Part shown: piece after piece, positions 37,806-47,634 of the stretch
How the letters are laid out: each line of letters begins with the position of its first letter
Numbering within the stretch: the first letter of the stretch is position 1
Source: a virus
Lineage: Duplodnaviria; Caudoviricetes
Length of the DNA stretch: 64,000 nt
Strand: one strand, 5' to 3'
IMG/VR virus record: IMGVR_UViG_3300005438_000120
Span: 33,467-97,466 of that record
Position numbers and translations under genes: made by a program
The notes under the pieces: model-generated
The model's input: the letters and a program-made list of their open reading frames with translations, nothing else
What the model was told of the DNA's origin: nothing
Databases searched by the model: none

Positions 37806-39401
37806 ATGAGTTTCTTCACGGTATCGCGCAACTTTCGCGACGAAGTAGTCCCGAATGCGGAAGGACTCGTAAGCGCCGAAGTCTTCTTTCCGGTGCAGAA
37901 GTTCGATGAGCGCACCGGCAGATTCGAAGCGTGGTCTACGGTTGAGGAAATCGACAATCACCGCGAGATTTGCGACGTAGAGAAAAGCTGGCCAGCTCTC
38001 GTCAAGTGGTCCGAAACGATCAGCGATCTTTCGGGCGGAAAGAGCGTCGGCAACCTACGCATTCAGCATCGCCGGGACACAATCGGCGGGCAACTCACGC
38101 TAATGGAGCGCCGCGACCGCGACGGGAAACCGGGAGTCTACGTTGAAGGACTCATCAGCGACGAAACAGCGAAGGCGGATACGGCAGCGGGAAGAATTAC
38201 TGGACTCTCCGCGCGCGGCCTGACAAAGAAATGGGCGGACCCGGACAATCCCGGCGTCACGCGGTACGCATTCGTGGATGTGGAAGAGAAGTCTTTGTGC
38301 GACCGGCCCGCCGTGCCGCACGCTCTGATCGAAGTTCTGAAATCTGACGGAGGAGTCGAAATGGTTCAGGCAACCGGGCGCACCATCGCGCAGTTCTGGG
38401 ATTGCGGCGTAGAAGGCTGCACGACGCGTCACGCCCTGAAGGGTGAGGCGGTCAAGTGCGAGGGCGTTGCGAGTGAGGTAGCTGTCCCGCGCCGCGTGGA
38501 AGCGAAGGTAATCAGCGCGGAAGTCAGCAAGTCGCTCTGGCACGTATCGGACGCCATCGCCGTTCTCTCCGGCCTGCTCTGTCTCGTGGACAACAAAGAG
38601 TACGAGGAGACGTGGGAGGCCATCAACAACGGCAACACGGATGGCCTGCCGATCGTGCAGCAGCTCAAAGGACTCGCGCGGCAGATGTTCGATGCGCTCT
38701 CGGCGATGATTGCCGATGAGCGCGCCGAACTGGACGAAGGACTCACTTCCGAAATGGCGATGTCGTACGCAATGCGCTCGCTCGCGAAATCGGAAACAGC
38801 GAAGCAGCTCATCAAATCGCTTCACGTGCCAACCGGAGACGGCGGCAACGGGGGCACAACGAAGGAGAAAACCGTGAACGATCAAGAAGTTGGGAAACTG
38901 GTTTCAACCGCCGTGGCCGAAGCGATCAAGAAGTATGATGACGACCGCCGCGCGGAAGCATTGAACGCCGCCAAGATCGAAGAGACGGCAAAGGCAGCGG
39001 ATGCAGCAACCGATGCGCGCATTCGCAAGCAGCTCGCTCCGCTCGCAAAAGCGCTCGGCGGGGACGAAAACGCGACGGATATCGTCGGCGAAGTCGCCAA
39101 GGCGTACACCAAGCAAGCTGAGACCGCAACCGAGCTGGCCGCGAGCGTCGCGGAAGTTGAGAAGGCAATCGGCGCGCTCGTACACGCTACCGCACTCCGC
39201 TCCGGCGTCGAAGTTCCCGAGAACGCGACCGCCGACGAAGTTTTGAAGGCGATGCTGAACAAGCCCGCCAAGCCGGTCGCGAATCTTCGCTCCGTCACCA
39301 AGCTCGAAGACACGTCCACTACAACCACGGACACATCCAAGAGCACGGACAAGGGCGACCCGTTTGCGAGCGCGAATCTTCAGGCGCGGCAGATCGGGTA
39401 A
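37806..39401 (+). CDS. Prohead protease-scaffold fusion
   Basis: IDNHRE, LRIQH, GRITGLS.RG, SLCDRPA.P.A, then Ala/Glu-rich helical C-terminus. Confidence 0.8.
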   Translation: MSFFTVSRNFRDEVVPNAEGLVSAEVFFPVQKFDERTGRFEAWSTVEEIDNHREICDVEKSWPALVKWSETISDLSGGKSVGNLRIQHRRDTIGGQLTLMERRDRDGKPGVYVEGLISDETAKADTAAGRITGLSARGLTKKWADPDNPGVTRYAFVDVEEKSLCDRPAVPHALIEVLKSDGGVEMVQATGRTIAQFWDCGVEGCTTRHALKGEAVKCEGVASEVAVPRRVEAKVISAEVSKSLWHVSDAIAVLSGLLCLVDNKEYEETWEAINNGNTDGLPIVQQLKGLARQMFDALSAMIADERAELDEGLTSEMAMSYAMRSLAKSETAKQLIKSLHVPTGDGGNGGTTKEKTVNDQEVGKLVSTAVAEAIKKYDDDRRAEALNAAKIEETAKAADAATDARIRKQLAPLAKALGGDENATDIVGEVAKAYTKQAETATELAASVAEVEKAIGALVHATALRSGVEVPENATADEVLKAMLNKPAKPVANLRSVTKLEDTSTTTTDTSKSTDKGDPFASANLQARQIG

Positions 39402-39471
39402 CGCATGTCCTACGTTTTCCTATGCAGCTTTCCGCAGCCTGCGGAGAGCCCTACCGAGGAGGTAACCAAAG

Positions 39472-40986
39472 ATGTTGAGTCAGGAAATGATCGCAGCAAC
39501 GCAGCAGATGCTGGCGAACGCACGCTCGGAATCAGTGAAAGCGACGTTCGTGCAGCCGTCATCGGGGACGAGCGGTCTCCAATACGTGAACATCTACCCG
39601 GCAGTTCTGACGATGTTTCCGTTCGCGGAGACACCGTGGCTGAACGAGACGCCGACGACGGACGGCCAATGGAACGTCCAGTCTTCCTACAAGGCGATCA
39701 CCGGAACGAACACCGGAAAGATCACCGCCGGAATCCCGGAAGGAAACCGTAACGGGCAATTCGACTTCGCGATGAGCGAGTACACGGAATCGTTCAAAAC
39801 GATGTCCATGGAAGGAAGCGCGACGCTTCAGGCCGAACTCGCCGCAGGAGTCAACGCAGCAATTCCGTATGACGACGTCGCCGCGCGCGCCCGCCGTTAC
39901 GGGACCGTCAATCTGCTCGTTGAAGAGGAGTGGGCGCTGCTCGGCGGAAACACGACTTCAACCGGCATCGCGCTCGCAGCGCCGACGAACGTCGCGATCG
40001 CCGGAGCGTCAACCGGTGGAGCGATCTCGACCGCCGCTGTTTTCGTCAAAGTCGCCGCGCTCACGCTTGACGGTGTTCGTCAGGCAAACGCAACGTCGGC
40101 GGGCACTCAGCGCACCATCACGCCGTACGGCGGAGGTTCGTCGTATCAGGTCAATCTCGGCACCGGCATTCTGTCATCGCAGGTCACGGTTGGTTCGCTG
40201 ACCGGCGCCACGAACAAAGCCACCGTCACGTGGGACCCGGTTGTAGGTGCGGCGGGTTACGCCGTGTTTGCCGGTAGCACCACGGGCGACGCAAACCTGT
40301 TCTTCGCCGGGATCGTGTACGTGAACAACATCGTTCTCACCGCGCTCCCCGCGAACACGAATCAGGCCGCGACCTCCATCGCTGCGAACTACTCGCAGAA
40401 TCAGTACGTGTTCAACGGCTTCATCACTCAGGTCAGCCGCAACGACCCGAACACGTCCGCGCAGGCTGGGTACGTCAAGTCGCTGCTCGGTGGCACTCTC
40501 ACCGCAACCGGTAAGGGCGGCATCGTCGAAATCAACGATTGGCTTACGCATCAGTATCTCGCGTGGGGACTCGACGACTACGAAATCTGGATCGGCGCAG
40601 GGATGACGACGAACGTCTCCAACAAAGCGCTTACCGGATCAACCTCGACTCCGTTCATGGTGCAGGTTGACGCCGGGGCCGTGAACCTGACAACTGGTCA
40701 GACGGTCAGCGGCCTGACGCATCCGATCACCGGGCGCAAGCTCGCCATCCGCCATCACTTCATGCTCCCTCCCGGCCTGATCCTCTTCAAGCTGCGCAGT
40801 CTCCCGGCGCGTTACGTGAACGACAACGTTCCCGCCGTGTTCCGCATGGCCCGCCGCATGTCGTACGCGTCTTTCGAGTTCCCGATGACGACGTTCCGCA
40901 AAGACGTAGCCGCCGTCGTGGACGAGCTGTATCAGAACTTCGTTCCGTTCGGCAGCGGCATGCTGACCGAAGTCGCAATCGGATAA
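39472..40986 (+). CDS. Major capsid protein with inserted beta-rich domain
   Basis: GAGGAGG RBS, biased codon use, EEWALLGGN, position after protease; insert LAAPT...VTWDPVVGAAGYAVF. Confidence 0.8.
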   Translation: MLSQEMIAATQQMLANARSESVKATFVQPSSGTSGLQYVNIYPAVLTMFPFAETPWLNETPTTDGQWNVQSSYKAITGTNTGKITAGIPEGNRNGQFDFAMSEYTESFKTMSMEGSATLQAELAAGVNAAIPYDDVAARARRYGTVNLLVEEEWALLGGNTTSTGIALAAPTNVAIAGASTGGAISTAAVFVKVAALTLDGVRQANATSAGTQRTITPYGGGSSYQVNLGTGILSSQVTVGSLTGATNKATVTWDPVVGAAGYAVFAGSTTGDANLFFAGIVYVNNIVLTALPANTNQAATSIAANYSQNQYVFNGFITQVSRNDPNTSAQAGYVKSLLGGTLTATGKGGIVEINDWLTHQYLAWGLDDYEIWIGAGMTTNVSNKALTGSTSTPFMVQVDAGAVNLTTGQTVSGLTHPITGRKLAIRHHFMLPPGLILFKLRSLPARYVNDNVPAVFRMARRMSYASFEFPMTTFRKDVAAVVDELYQNFVPFGSGMLTEVAIG

Positions 40987-41044
40987 ACCCTTCGGTGGCG
41001 CGGGCCGTTAACGTGAGGACGGCGCGCTGCCGGATTGCAAACCA

Positions 41045-41593
41045 ATGCTCATCACTGCCGCCCAAGTAGCCGACACTCTGCCCGGCCTATCGCCGACTGA
41101 CGCGCTTCTAGTGCAGAAAGTCCGAGAGGCTGATGCATGGGCCAAACTAGCCTTCGGGCGGCAGTTTGAGCGCGGCGTGTACGCTCTCAAGCCGAGAGTG
41201 TATGGAGCGCCGTACGTTCTTTTGCAGGAGTCGCCGATTCGTGCTGTCGTGTCGGCATTCTCTGATCCCACAGGACTCTTTCAAGCCTCTACGCAAATCC
41301 GCGACGTATCCAAATTCACCTTCAACCCTCTGCCGGGTGATGATGACAACCGTCTCGATCTCGGCGGCTACGCTTTGCCGCAGGGAGTTGGTACGTTTCT
41401 TCTAAATGTAGAAGCGGGATGGTGGCCTGCCGATGACCCTGTTCACGAGTCCGACATCCCGGCAGATTTGAGCGGCGCTCTCATCAAACGCGCGCGTGTT
41501 GAATTCAAGCGCGCGGTAGGCGTGAGTGACGAAGAAACGAAGCAGTTCACGGACGAAGTAATTCTGAACAGTCAGCGCCGCTACCGGCGCTGA
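41045..41593 (+). CDS. Head-tail adaptor protein
   Basis: MLITAAQV...GRQF...L.ESPI...EAGW...IPADL...RYRR. Confidence 0.7.
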   Translation: MLITAAQVADTLPGLSPTDALLVQKVREADAWAKLAFGRQFERGVYALKPRVYGAPYVLLQESPIRAVVSAFSDPTGLFQASTQIRDVSKFTFNPLPGDDDNRLDLGGYALPQGVGTFLLNVEAGWWPADDPVHESDIPADLSGALIKRARVEFKRAVGVSDEETKQFTDEVILNSQRRYRR

Positions 41594-41614
41594 CAAACAT
41601 TCGAGGAGAATCAA

Positions 41615-42034
41615 ATGAACAACGCAGACACCGCCCGCGCCTTTCAGCTCATGGTCGAAATCTCCACGCTTTACACGCACGGCGGAGACTCGACACTCAT
41701 CATCGACAAATGGAACGAGTTGAACGAAATCTACCACCGCAACGGCGGCGCCACGCCCACGGAAGCGCAGGTGAAGGAGCTTCTTCCGAAGCAGCCGCCG
41801 AGCGATCAGGCTTCGAAGTCCGCGCAGTCCGAAGTGAAGGCGGAGGCGAAATACGGCACGCCGACGAACGGAACGATCCCGAACGACGACGACCTGAAGT
41901 CCGGCAGCCGCAACTTCCAGACCGGCGACGTGAAGATCAAGAGCAACACCCCCGGCGCTCCCGCGCAGTGGGCCGTCATCAAGCGCGGCGACCCGATCCC
42001 GGCTGGCTTCGAGTCCATCGGCGCAATCGCGTAA
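41615..42034 (+). CDS. Probable virion-associated protein, shares C-terminal domain with 43391..43822
   Basis: GAGGAG RBS; YG...P.DD.LK...F..GD.K...W.V.KRG..P.GF. Confidence 0.6.
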   Translation: MNNADTARAFQLMVEISTLYTHGGDSTLIIDKWNELNEIYHRNGGATPTEAQVKELLPKQPPSDQASKSAQSEVKAEAKYGTPTNGTIPNDDDLKSGSRNFQTGDVKIKSNTPGAPAQWAVIKRGDPIPAGFESIGAIA

Positions 42035-42057
42035 AAGCTGAATTCTCGTTCACGAAT

Positions 42058-42087
42058 GGGGCGCGTCGAAGGGCGCGCCCCTCTTTT
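42058..42087 (+). terminator. Rho-independent terminator
   Basis: GGGGCGCGTC-GAAG-GGCGCGCCCC then TCTTTT. Confidence 0.7.
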
Positions 42088-42092
42088 GACCG

Positions 42093-42920
42093 ATGCTCAC
42101 AGCCGACGAAATCACACTCCTGCGCCGCACGTACCTGCGCGACCTGTGGGTAGCGCCCGTTCCATCTGTTTCTCAGGGCGTCGGGCTGAGCAACTACAAC
42201 CGCGAAGTAAAGGCAAACTTTTTCAGCGACGCTGACCTCCAAGCGAAGGCTGATGAAGCCGCCGTGAAGTATTCGTACGAACTCCCGAGCATCTACGCGG
42301 CGGAACTCGATTGGCAGAAAGCTATCGGAACCGACACCACGCCGTACCTGACCACCGCGCAGGGCGGCAACAAGGACTTGACGTTTACTGCGGTCAATGC
42401 GGATGACGACGTGACGATCGCGTACGTGGTAAGTGGGGCTTCAACGCCTCTCACGGTAAACGTAAGCGGCAAGTCAATCGCGGTTCACGTAGCTACGACT
42501 TCTAGTTCTGTTGCGGATTCGACGGCGAATCAGATCAGCGCGGTGATCGGAGCAAGTGCTCCGGCCCTCGCGTTGGTCACTCCGACTCTTCCGAGCAACA
42601 GCGACGGCACGGGAAAGCCGGGAGCAATGGCGGCGACGCATCTGACTAGCGCAGCGCAGCGTGCGGCTGAAGCGCTGCGGCAGGACGCGTTTTTTCGTGG
42701 AATTCGCAGCGCTGTTTTCGAGGACATGGTTACGGATGACGGATTCGTAGCCTACATCCCGACCGACTCACGCGCTACTCGCATCGCTGAGATGCGGACG
42801 CAGATTGCTGTTGACCGGCAATTCATCGCTGACAAGACCGTTCACGGACGTAGGCGAATCGCGGCAGGCTGGTCGCCGAAAACACCACGGCAGTACATCA
42901 TTGCGAATCCGAATCAGTGA
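42093..42920 (+). CDS. Virion structural protein with inserted beta-rich domain
   Basis: Neck region; DLTFTA...PLTVNVSG..I.V...STANQI module. Confidence 0.6.
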   Translation: MLTADEITLLRRTYLRDLWVAPVPSVSQGVGLSNYNREVKANFFSDADLQAKADEAAVKYSYELPSIYAAELDWQKAIGTDTTPYLTTAQGGNKDLTFTAVNADDDVTIAYVVSGASTPLTVNVSGKSIAVHVATTSSSVADSTANQISAVIGASAPALALVTPTLPSNSDGTGKPGAMAATHLTSAAQRAAEALRQDAFFRGIRSAVFEDMVTDDGFVAYIPTDSRATRIAEMRTQIAVDRQFIADKTVHGRRRIAAGWSPKTPRQYIIANPNQ

Positions 42921-42925
42921 TAAGG

Positions 42926-43345
42926 TTACGCGATCAGCTTCATGGCTACCCGCTCACCGGTATCGCGACGGAAGAGGGACATTTTCGTATCTGGTTTCGC
43001 TGAAAATGTCACAACGTACGGATATGCTTCGCTCGTGAGTGTAGTAAGCCGCCTGAAGGTAGCCCAGTCAATCAGCAGAGGGTTTTCTCCGGCTTCTGCG
43101 CGAGCGGTAAGGATCGTCTCGATGTCACGTAGTTCGGCGTAAGCGGATTCTCGTTTTATCCGCATAGCTTCGGCGTTTTCGCTCTCTCGCCTCTCGGCTT
43201 CTGCTGATCTCGCGGCTAGTTCCCGTTGTTCGCGTCTAAGCTGAGCGCTGATCGCGCTACGTATCCCAAGAAAAGAGCCGCCGCCTGCTGCTAGTACGGA
43301 TGCGGTAAAAAGGAAAAACTCTCGGTAAAAATCAAGCTCGTTCAT
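42926..43345 (-). CDS. Moron-like membrane-anchored coiled-coil protein
   Basis: Opposite strand inside structural module; TAGAAT-N6-ATG; N-terminal hydrophobic segment. Confidence 0.6.
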   Translation of the reverse strand: MNELDFYREFFLFTASVLAAGGGSFLGIRSAISAQLRREQRELAARSAEAERRESENAEAMRIKRESAYAELRDIETILTARAEAGENPLLIDWATFRRLTTLTSEAYPYVVTFSAKPDTKMSLFRRDTGERVAMKLIA

Positions 43346-43390
43346 GGCTGCATTCTAGTTCATCTTCAACTTCGAAGGAGCAACACGCAC

Positions 43391-43822
43391 ATGTCACTCG
43401 ACACAACCGTAGCGCAGAAACTCGTCACGGCTTTTCTCGAAAACTCACCGAACCCCGTCAGCGCGATCGGCATCATGAAAGACGCTGGCGTGACGATCGG
43501 CGAAATCACGCAACTCGCGATCAATCATCCTCCGCTGAAAACGCGGCTGAATGACATCGGCGTCGCGGTCAACAACTCGGGCGGCAGGTGGCCGCTCGCA
43601 CTGCCCGAACCGAAAAAAGCCAAGGAAGGTCCGGCATACGGCGAAACCGTGGTCGGCGCTCTGCCCACAGATGACGAACTGAAGGCCGCGCCGCACAGCT
43701 TCCTGCCGGGAGACATCAAGGCTACCAGCACAGTCGGCACGGATGCTGTGTGGACTGTCGTCAAGCGCGGAGAGGCTGTTCCGACCGGCTTCACGCAGTC
43801 AGGATCGATCGCGAGAGCGTAG
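43391..43822 (+). CDS. Probable virion-associated protein, paralog of 41615..42034
   Basis: AAGGAG RBS; shared C-terminal ~60 aa. Confidence 0.6.
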   Translation: MSLDTTVAQKLVTAFLENSPNPVSAIGIMKDAGVTIGEITQLAINHPPLKTRLNDIGVAVNNSGGRWPLALPEPKKAKEGPAYGETVVGALPTDDELKAAPHSFLPGDIKATSTVGTDAVWTVVKRGEAVPTGFTQSGSIARA

Positions 43823-44129
43823 TCATGCTGAAGTCGTACATGACCGAAGATTGGCCGGAGCGCATCATCGTCAACGCTCACGCCGATTGGACGAGGCGTG
43901 ACGTGGTGGATGCTGCGAGCAAACACACTCTCGCGAATGTGAAGAGCGCAACGATCACGGTCACGGCGGATGCGCTGATGAGGGTTTCGATCGTCGCCCT
44001 GAAGATGGATGCTAACTTCAATTGCGTTCGTGGCGAGAACGGTTTCGAAACGTTCGAAAGGGCATTCTTCGTAGCGCCAGATTCAGGGCTAGGCGTTGCG
44101 ATTCCGTGCGAATCCAGCAAGAAATAACC

Positions 44130-44597
44130 ATGCCCGTTACCGCCCGTTTCGTCGGTGCGCCGATTGGCCCACGACTGCGGCAGCTCCCCGCAATCGTAGC
44201 GTCGCTGAAATCCAAGTACCTGACTACTTGGGCTGGACAGATCGTCATCAGCGAGAAGATGAACATAGATGAAGGCGTGTCGCCGGACGGCGCGATCCAT
44301 CTCGCACTCAAGCGTCCGCGCCCAAAGGGTCACAATCAAGAGAATCACCCGCTGAAGGACTCGCTAGAACTTTACAACTCCATCAAGTTCACGCCGTTAG
44401 AGCCGACTGATTTCGTGCGCATCGGCCCGACTGCGGTTAGTAAAAGCGGCTTCCCGTATCCGTCAGCGCAGAACAAAGGAACGGACACAATCCCGCGTCG
44501 CCGCTTCATCGGCCTACGGAGTTCGGATCGCACGTTCATCCGCGAAAGCGCGATTGCGATGGCGCGTGAGGCAATGCAGATGGTATCCGCAGGATGA
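44130..44597 (+). CDS. Virion morphogenesis / tail completion protein
   Basis: SPDG...L...PLKDS.ELYNSI...Y...QN.GT..IPRRRFIG. Confidence 0.75.
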   Translation: MPVTARFVGAPIGPRLRQLPAIVASLKSKYLTTWAGQIVISEKMNIDEGVSPDGAIHLALKRPRPKGHNQENHPLKDSLELYNSIKFTPLEPTDFVRIGPTAVSKSGFPYPSAQNKGTDTIPRRRFIGLRSSDRTFIRESAIAMAREAMQMVSAG

Positions 44598-45109
44598 CCG
44601 ACTTCATCACGACGCTTGGGGCAAACTTCGTCTCTCTGCTCACGTCCGGAATGACGTACCTAGACCCGACGCGGGGCGGCACTTGCCAGACGGCTACGGA
44701 CGCGAAATCCGTTTTCGATCTAGGACAACTTCGAACCCCGGCCATAGTAGTCGTCCTCGTCAACATGACCCCGAACGGAGCGCGCAAAACGCCTCTCGGG
44801 AGAATGGTCACAGAAGTAACGCTGACATGGAGGCTTTACCTAGTCGGCGCGAACTTCAACAGGGCAGACGGCGACGGGCGCGAAGGTGTACTCGGCGAAC
44901 CCGGAACGAATCAGATGATTGCCGATGTCATCAAGTTCTGCCACGGAAAGTACGTCGTAAATCCGCAGGACCAACTACCCGACGCGCGATTGTCCCCTAG
45001 CACTCTCGTGTGGATGGGCGACACGAACAGCAGAATCATCTATCAATTTGACTGGCAGCACGGCTTCGTCCTTCAGGAAGAGGGAACGGGCGCGTGGGCA
45101 GTCCCTTAG
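44594..45109 (+). CDS. Putative tail terminator
   Basis: Position directly before tail tube; size. Confidence 0.55.
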   Translation: MTDFITTLGANFVSLLTSGMTYLDPTRGGTCQTATDAKSVFDLGQLRTPAIVVVLVNMTPNGARKTPLGRMVTEVTLTWRLYLVGANFNRADGDGREGVLGEPGTNQMIADVIKFCHGKYVVNPQDQLPDARLSPSTLVWMGDTNSRIIYQFDWQHGFVLQEEGTGAWAVP

Positions 45110-45130
45110 AAATCGACAGGAGAGAAATCA

Positions 45131-46411
45131 ATGCCCGATCCGGTTCAAGGCTCAAATACCTCAATCCGCATCATCCCTCAGACGGCAAAGGATGTCGTAG
45201 GAGCTGACGGCAGCGTTATCAGTGCGTCCGCGCCGAGCTTTAAGCCCGAGGCTTCGAACTTCGTTGATGACGCCCTGACCGGTCGCCCGCAAGCCGGGGA
45301 AGTCGTTCGCGGTAAGCAGAAGTCGTCGGGCGATGCGACGTACACCGTGAACCGCTCAAGTATCCTGCCGATGGCGCAGGCGCACTTCGGCGGGCATCGC
45401 GTTCGCGGCGCATCCGGATTCTTCGTTCACGAATACTGGTACGACACGATGCAGTACCAAGCCTTCGAACAGAAGATGACGAACGACGCGGGGTCGATGT
45501 ACCTCCAGTTCATCAACACGCTGGTGGGAACAACGCGCTTCAGCCTCAAAGAGCAGGACTTGATGAAGGCTATGTTCGGAATCGTCGGCGGGAAGCAAAT
45601 CGCGCCGATCCCAACGACCTCCCTCATCACCGGCACCCTGACGGATCGAACTGGCAAGCCGCCACTCTCCTATCTCCGCGCGTTCGTGAAGATAGCCGGG
45701 ACGAAAGTCGCCACCGTTCAATCGCTAGACATCAACTCCGATCGCCACGCGGACACGTACGCGGCGATGGACGAAACGTCGTATGTCGCGGGAGCAATCA
45801 CCGGCAAGCCTACGTGCGCTGGTACGGCGAAGATGCTGCTTGATGTGCCGACGTACACGAATCTCGGGCTTGATCCTGACAACATTCAGTCGCTGGAGGC
45901 GGTCGTTCCGCAGGGCAATTTTTTCGGCGTCGGGATCGAAATGCCGAACGTGAAGTTTCAACTTCCCCGCGTCGGAACGAACGGGTTGCTTCTGCACGAT
46001 CAGACGCTGGACTTCGATGCGTCTGGACCGGTCGGAAGCGCTGATGTAGCCGCGCAGCTCCGTTCGAAGTTCTTCACAACCCCCACCGATCTCGGTGGAC
46101 TCACGCTCATCTTCACGGTAACGGGAGCTGGCGCGCAGACGATCACGTTTGCGAGCGGAGACAACACGCCCGCTCTGGTAGCCGCGAAGATCAACGCGAC
46201 CGCTACCCTGCTCACCGCCTCCGTGGAGCGTATGTTCGGCGAGACGGGCGGCAGCGTCGTTCTGAAGACGATCGCGAAAGGAACAGGCGTTACACTCACC
46301 ATCGGTGCGGGCACGGCGAACACGGCGCTCGGATTCACAGATACGACACCCACGACTGGCCTTGATGGTCAAACGATCGTTCTGCGCGTGTTCACGGACG
46401 TTGCAGCTTAA
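45131..46411 (+). CDS. Major tail tube protein with C-terminal accessory domain
   Basis: AGGAG RBS; Thr/Gly-rich beta pattern; precedes chaperone genes. Confidence 0.75.
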   Translation: MPDPVQGSNTSIRIIPQTAKDVVGADGSVISASAPSFKPEASNFVDDALTGRPQAGEVVRGKQKSSGDATYTVNRSSILPMAQAHFGGHRVRGASGFFVHEYWYDTMQYQAFEQKMTNDAGSMYLQFINTLVGTTRFSLKEQDLMKAMFGIVGGKQIAPIPTTSLITGTLTDRTGKPPLSYLRAFVKIAGTKVATVQSLDINSDRHADTYAAMDETSYVAGAITGKPTCAGTAKMLLDVPTYTNLGLDPDNIQSLEAVVPQGNFFGVGIEMPNVKFQLPRVGTNGLLLHDQTLDFDASGPVGSADVAAQLRSKFFTTPTDLGGLTLIFTVTGAGAQTITFASGDNTPALVAAKINATATLLTASVERMFGETGGSVVLKTIAKGTGVTLTIGAGTANTALGFTDTTPTTGLDGQTIVLRVFTDVAA

Positions 46412-46459
46412 ACGCAGTCGGCGTAGAATCCGCTGACCGCGAAAGGAGCCGCCGTAACC

Positions 46460-46708
46460 ATGAACTACCTAAACTACATCCTCATCGCCGCCGCAATCGC
46501 TCAAGCTGTGCAGACCGAGAGCGCGCCGGGCACCGAAAAATCAGGCCGTCGCGCGCGCGCCATCAAAACGGTGCTGACCGCCATCACGCCGCTGATTCCG
46601 GCAGTTGCCACGCATCCCGAAGTGGCTGAGCACATCGGGGCGCTGATTGACGACTTCGTAGCGCTCGGCAAAAAGGTTCCGGCAACAAACCCGGCACCAG
46701 CCGTCTAA
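46460..46708 (+). CDS. Small hydrophobic protein (holin candidate)
   Basis: AAGGAG RBS; hydrophobic N-terminus; function unproven. Confidence 0.4.
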   Translation: MNYLNYILIAAAIAQAVQTESAPGTEKSGRRARAIKTVLTAITPLIPAVATHPEVAEHIGALIDDFVALGKKVPATNPAPAV

Positions 46709-46747
46709 GCGGCACAGAACGATCTCAAAAAAACCGAAGGAGCATGA

Positions 46748-47634
46748 ATGAGTGACGAAGTGAACATCCCTGCCGAGACGCCTGCGCCGCCGAGCAACGC
46801 CACCGAGCCGCCGCAGGAAACATACGTCGTAAGCCAAAAGGAAATCGGCTCGCGCGTATTCGAACGCCTCGTTCCGAATCCCATGCGTCCGAATTCATGG
46901 GTAACACTCCGCCGCATCACGGAAGCGCGCAAGCGGCAGATCAACGACAAGTACAACGTCACGTTCGGCAACAAGCCGATGAACGTGAAGTTCGGAAACT
47001 CCTTCCAGCAACAGCAGATGGAGAGCTTCGTTGACATGGGCGGATGGAGCACGGCTCCCGGTGTTCCGCTCGCAGCGACAGCGGAGAACTTCGTGGAGTA
47101 CGTCGCGTCGCATCAGTTCCTTTTCGAAGGTGAGCCGACTACGGTTTGGACCCGCTGCGAAGCACTGATTGACGAAAAGCTGTTCGGTGTAGAAAAAAAC
47201 TCCTAGCCGTCATCGGGTACGCGTTTGACCTAGATGGCGGCGGCACGGATGCGGATAGGTGCCGAGCCTGCAAATCTTTTCGCCAATCAGACGAAGATAG
47301 CACCGGCATTCCGTGCGCGGATGAAGACACGGACGAAGAAGACAAGCCGTGCCGCGATTCGGGCTACACACAAACGTGCCTGCGCCCAGAGCCCAATATG
47401 CTGCCAGCCGTGCAGAATGTCTGGAGTCTTTGGTTGCGTACGCGCGGCGGAGGTTTCACGCGGTTCGTTTCAGGCATGACTATCATCCCGGTTGGCAAGA
47501 TTCGCGAAGCCGTCATATCGGAGGCGAGGGCGATGGGCATACCGTGGGACGACAACAACGCGCGCTGGTACGGGATGGTCGAAGATGCGTGGCTCGCGGA
47601 CTTGGCTCACAAAAGAGAGCGCAAAGGTCAATAG
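46748..47634 (+). CDS. Tail assembly chaperone G (46748..47206) and -1 frameshift product GT (to 47634)
   Basis: A AAA AAC slippery heptamer at 47194-47200 two codons before TAG; -1 frame open and in frame with ORF 47398..47634. Confidence 0.85.
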
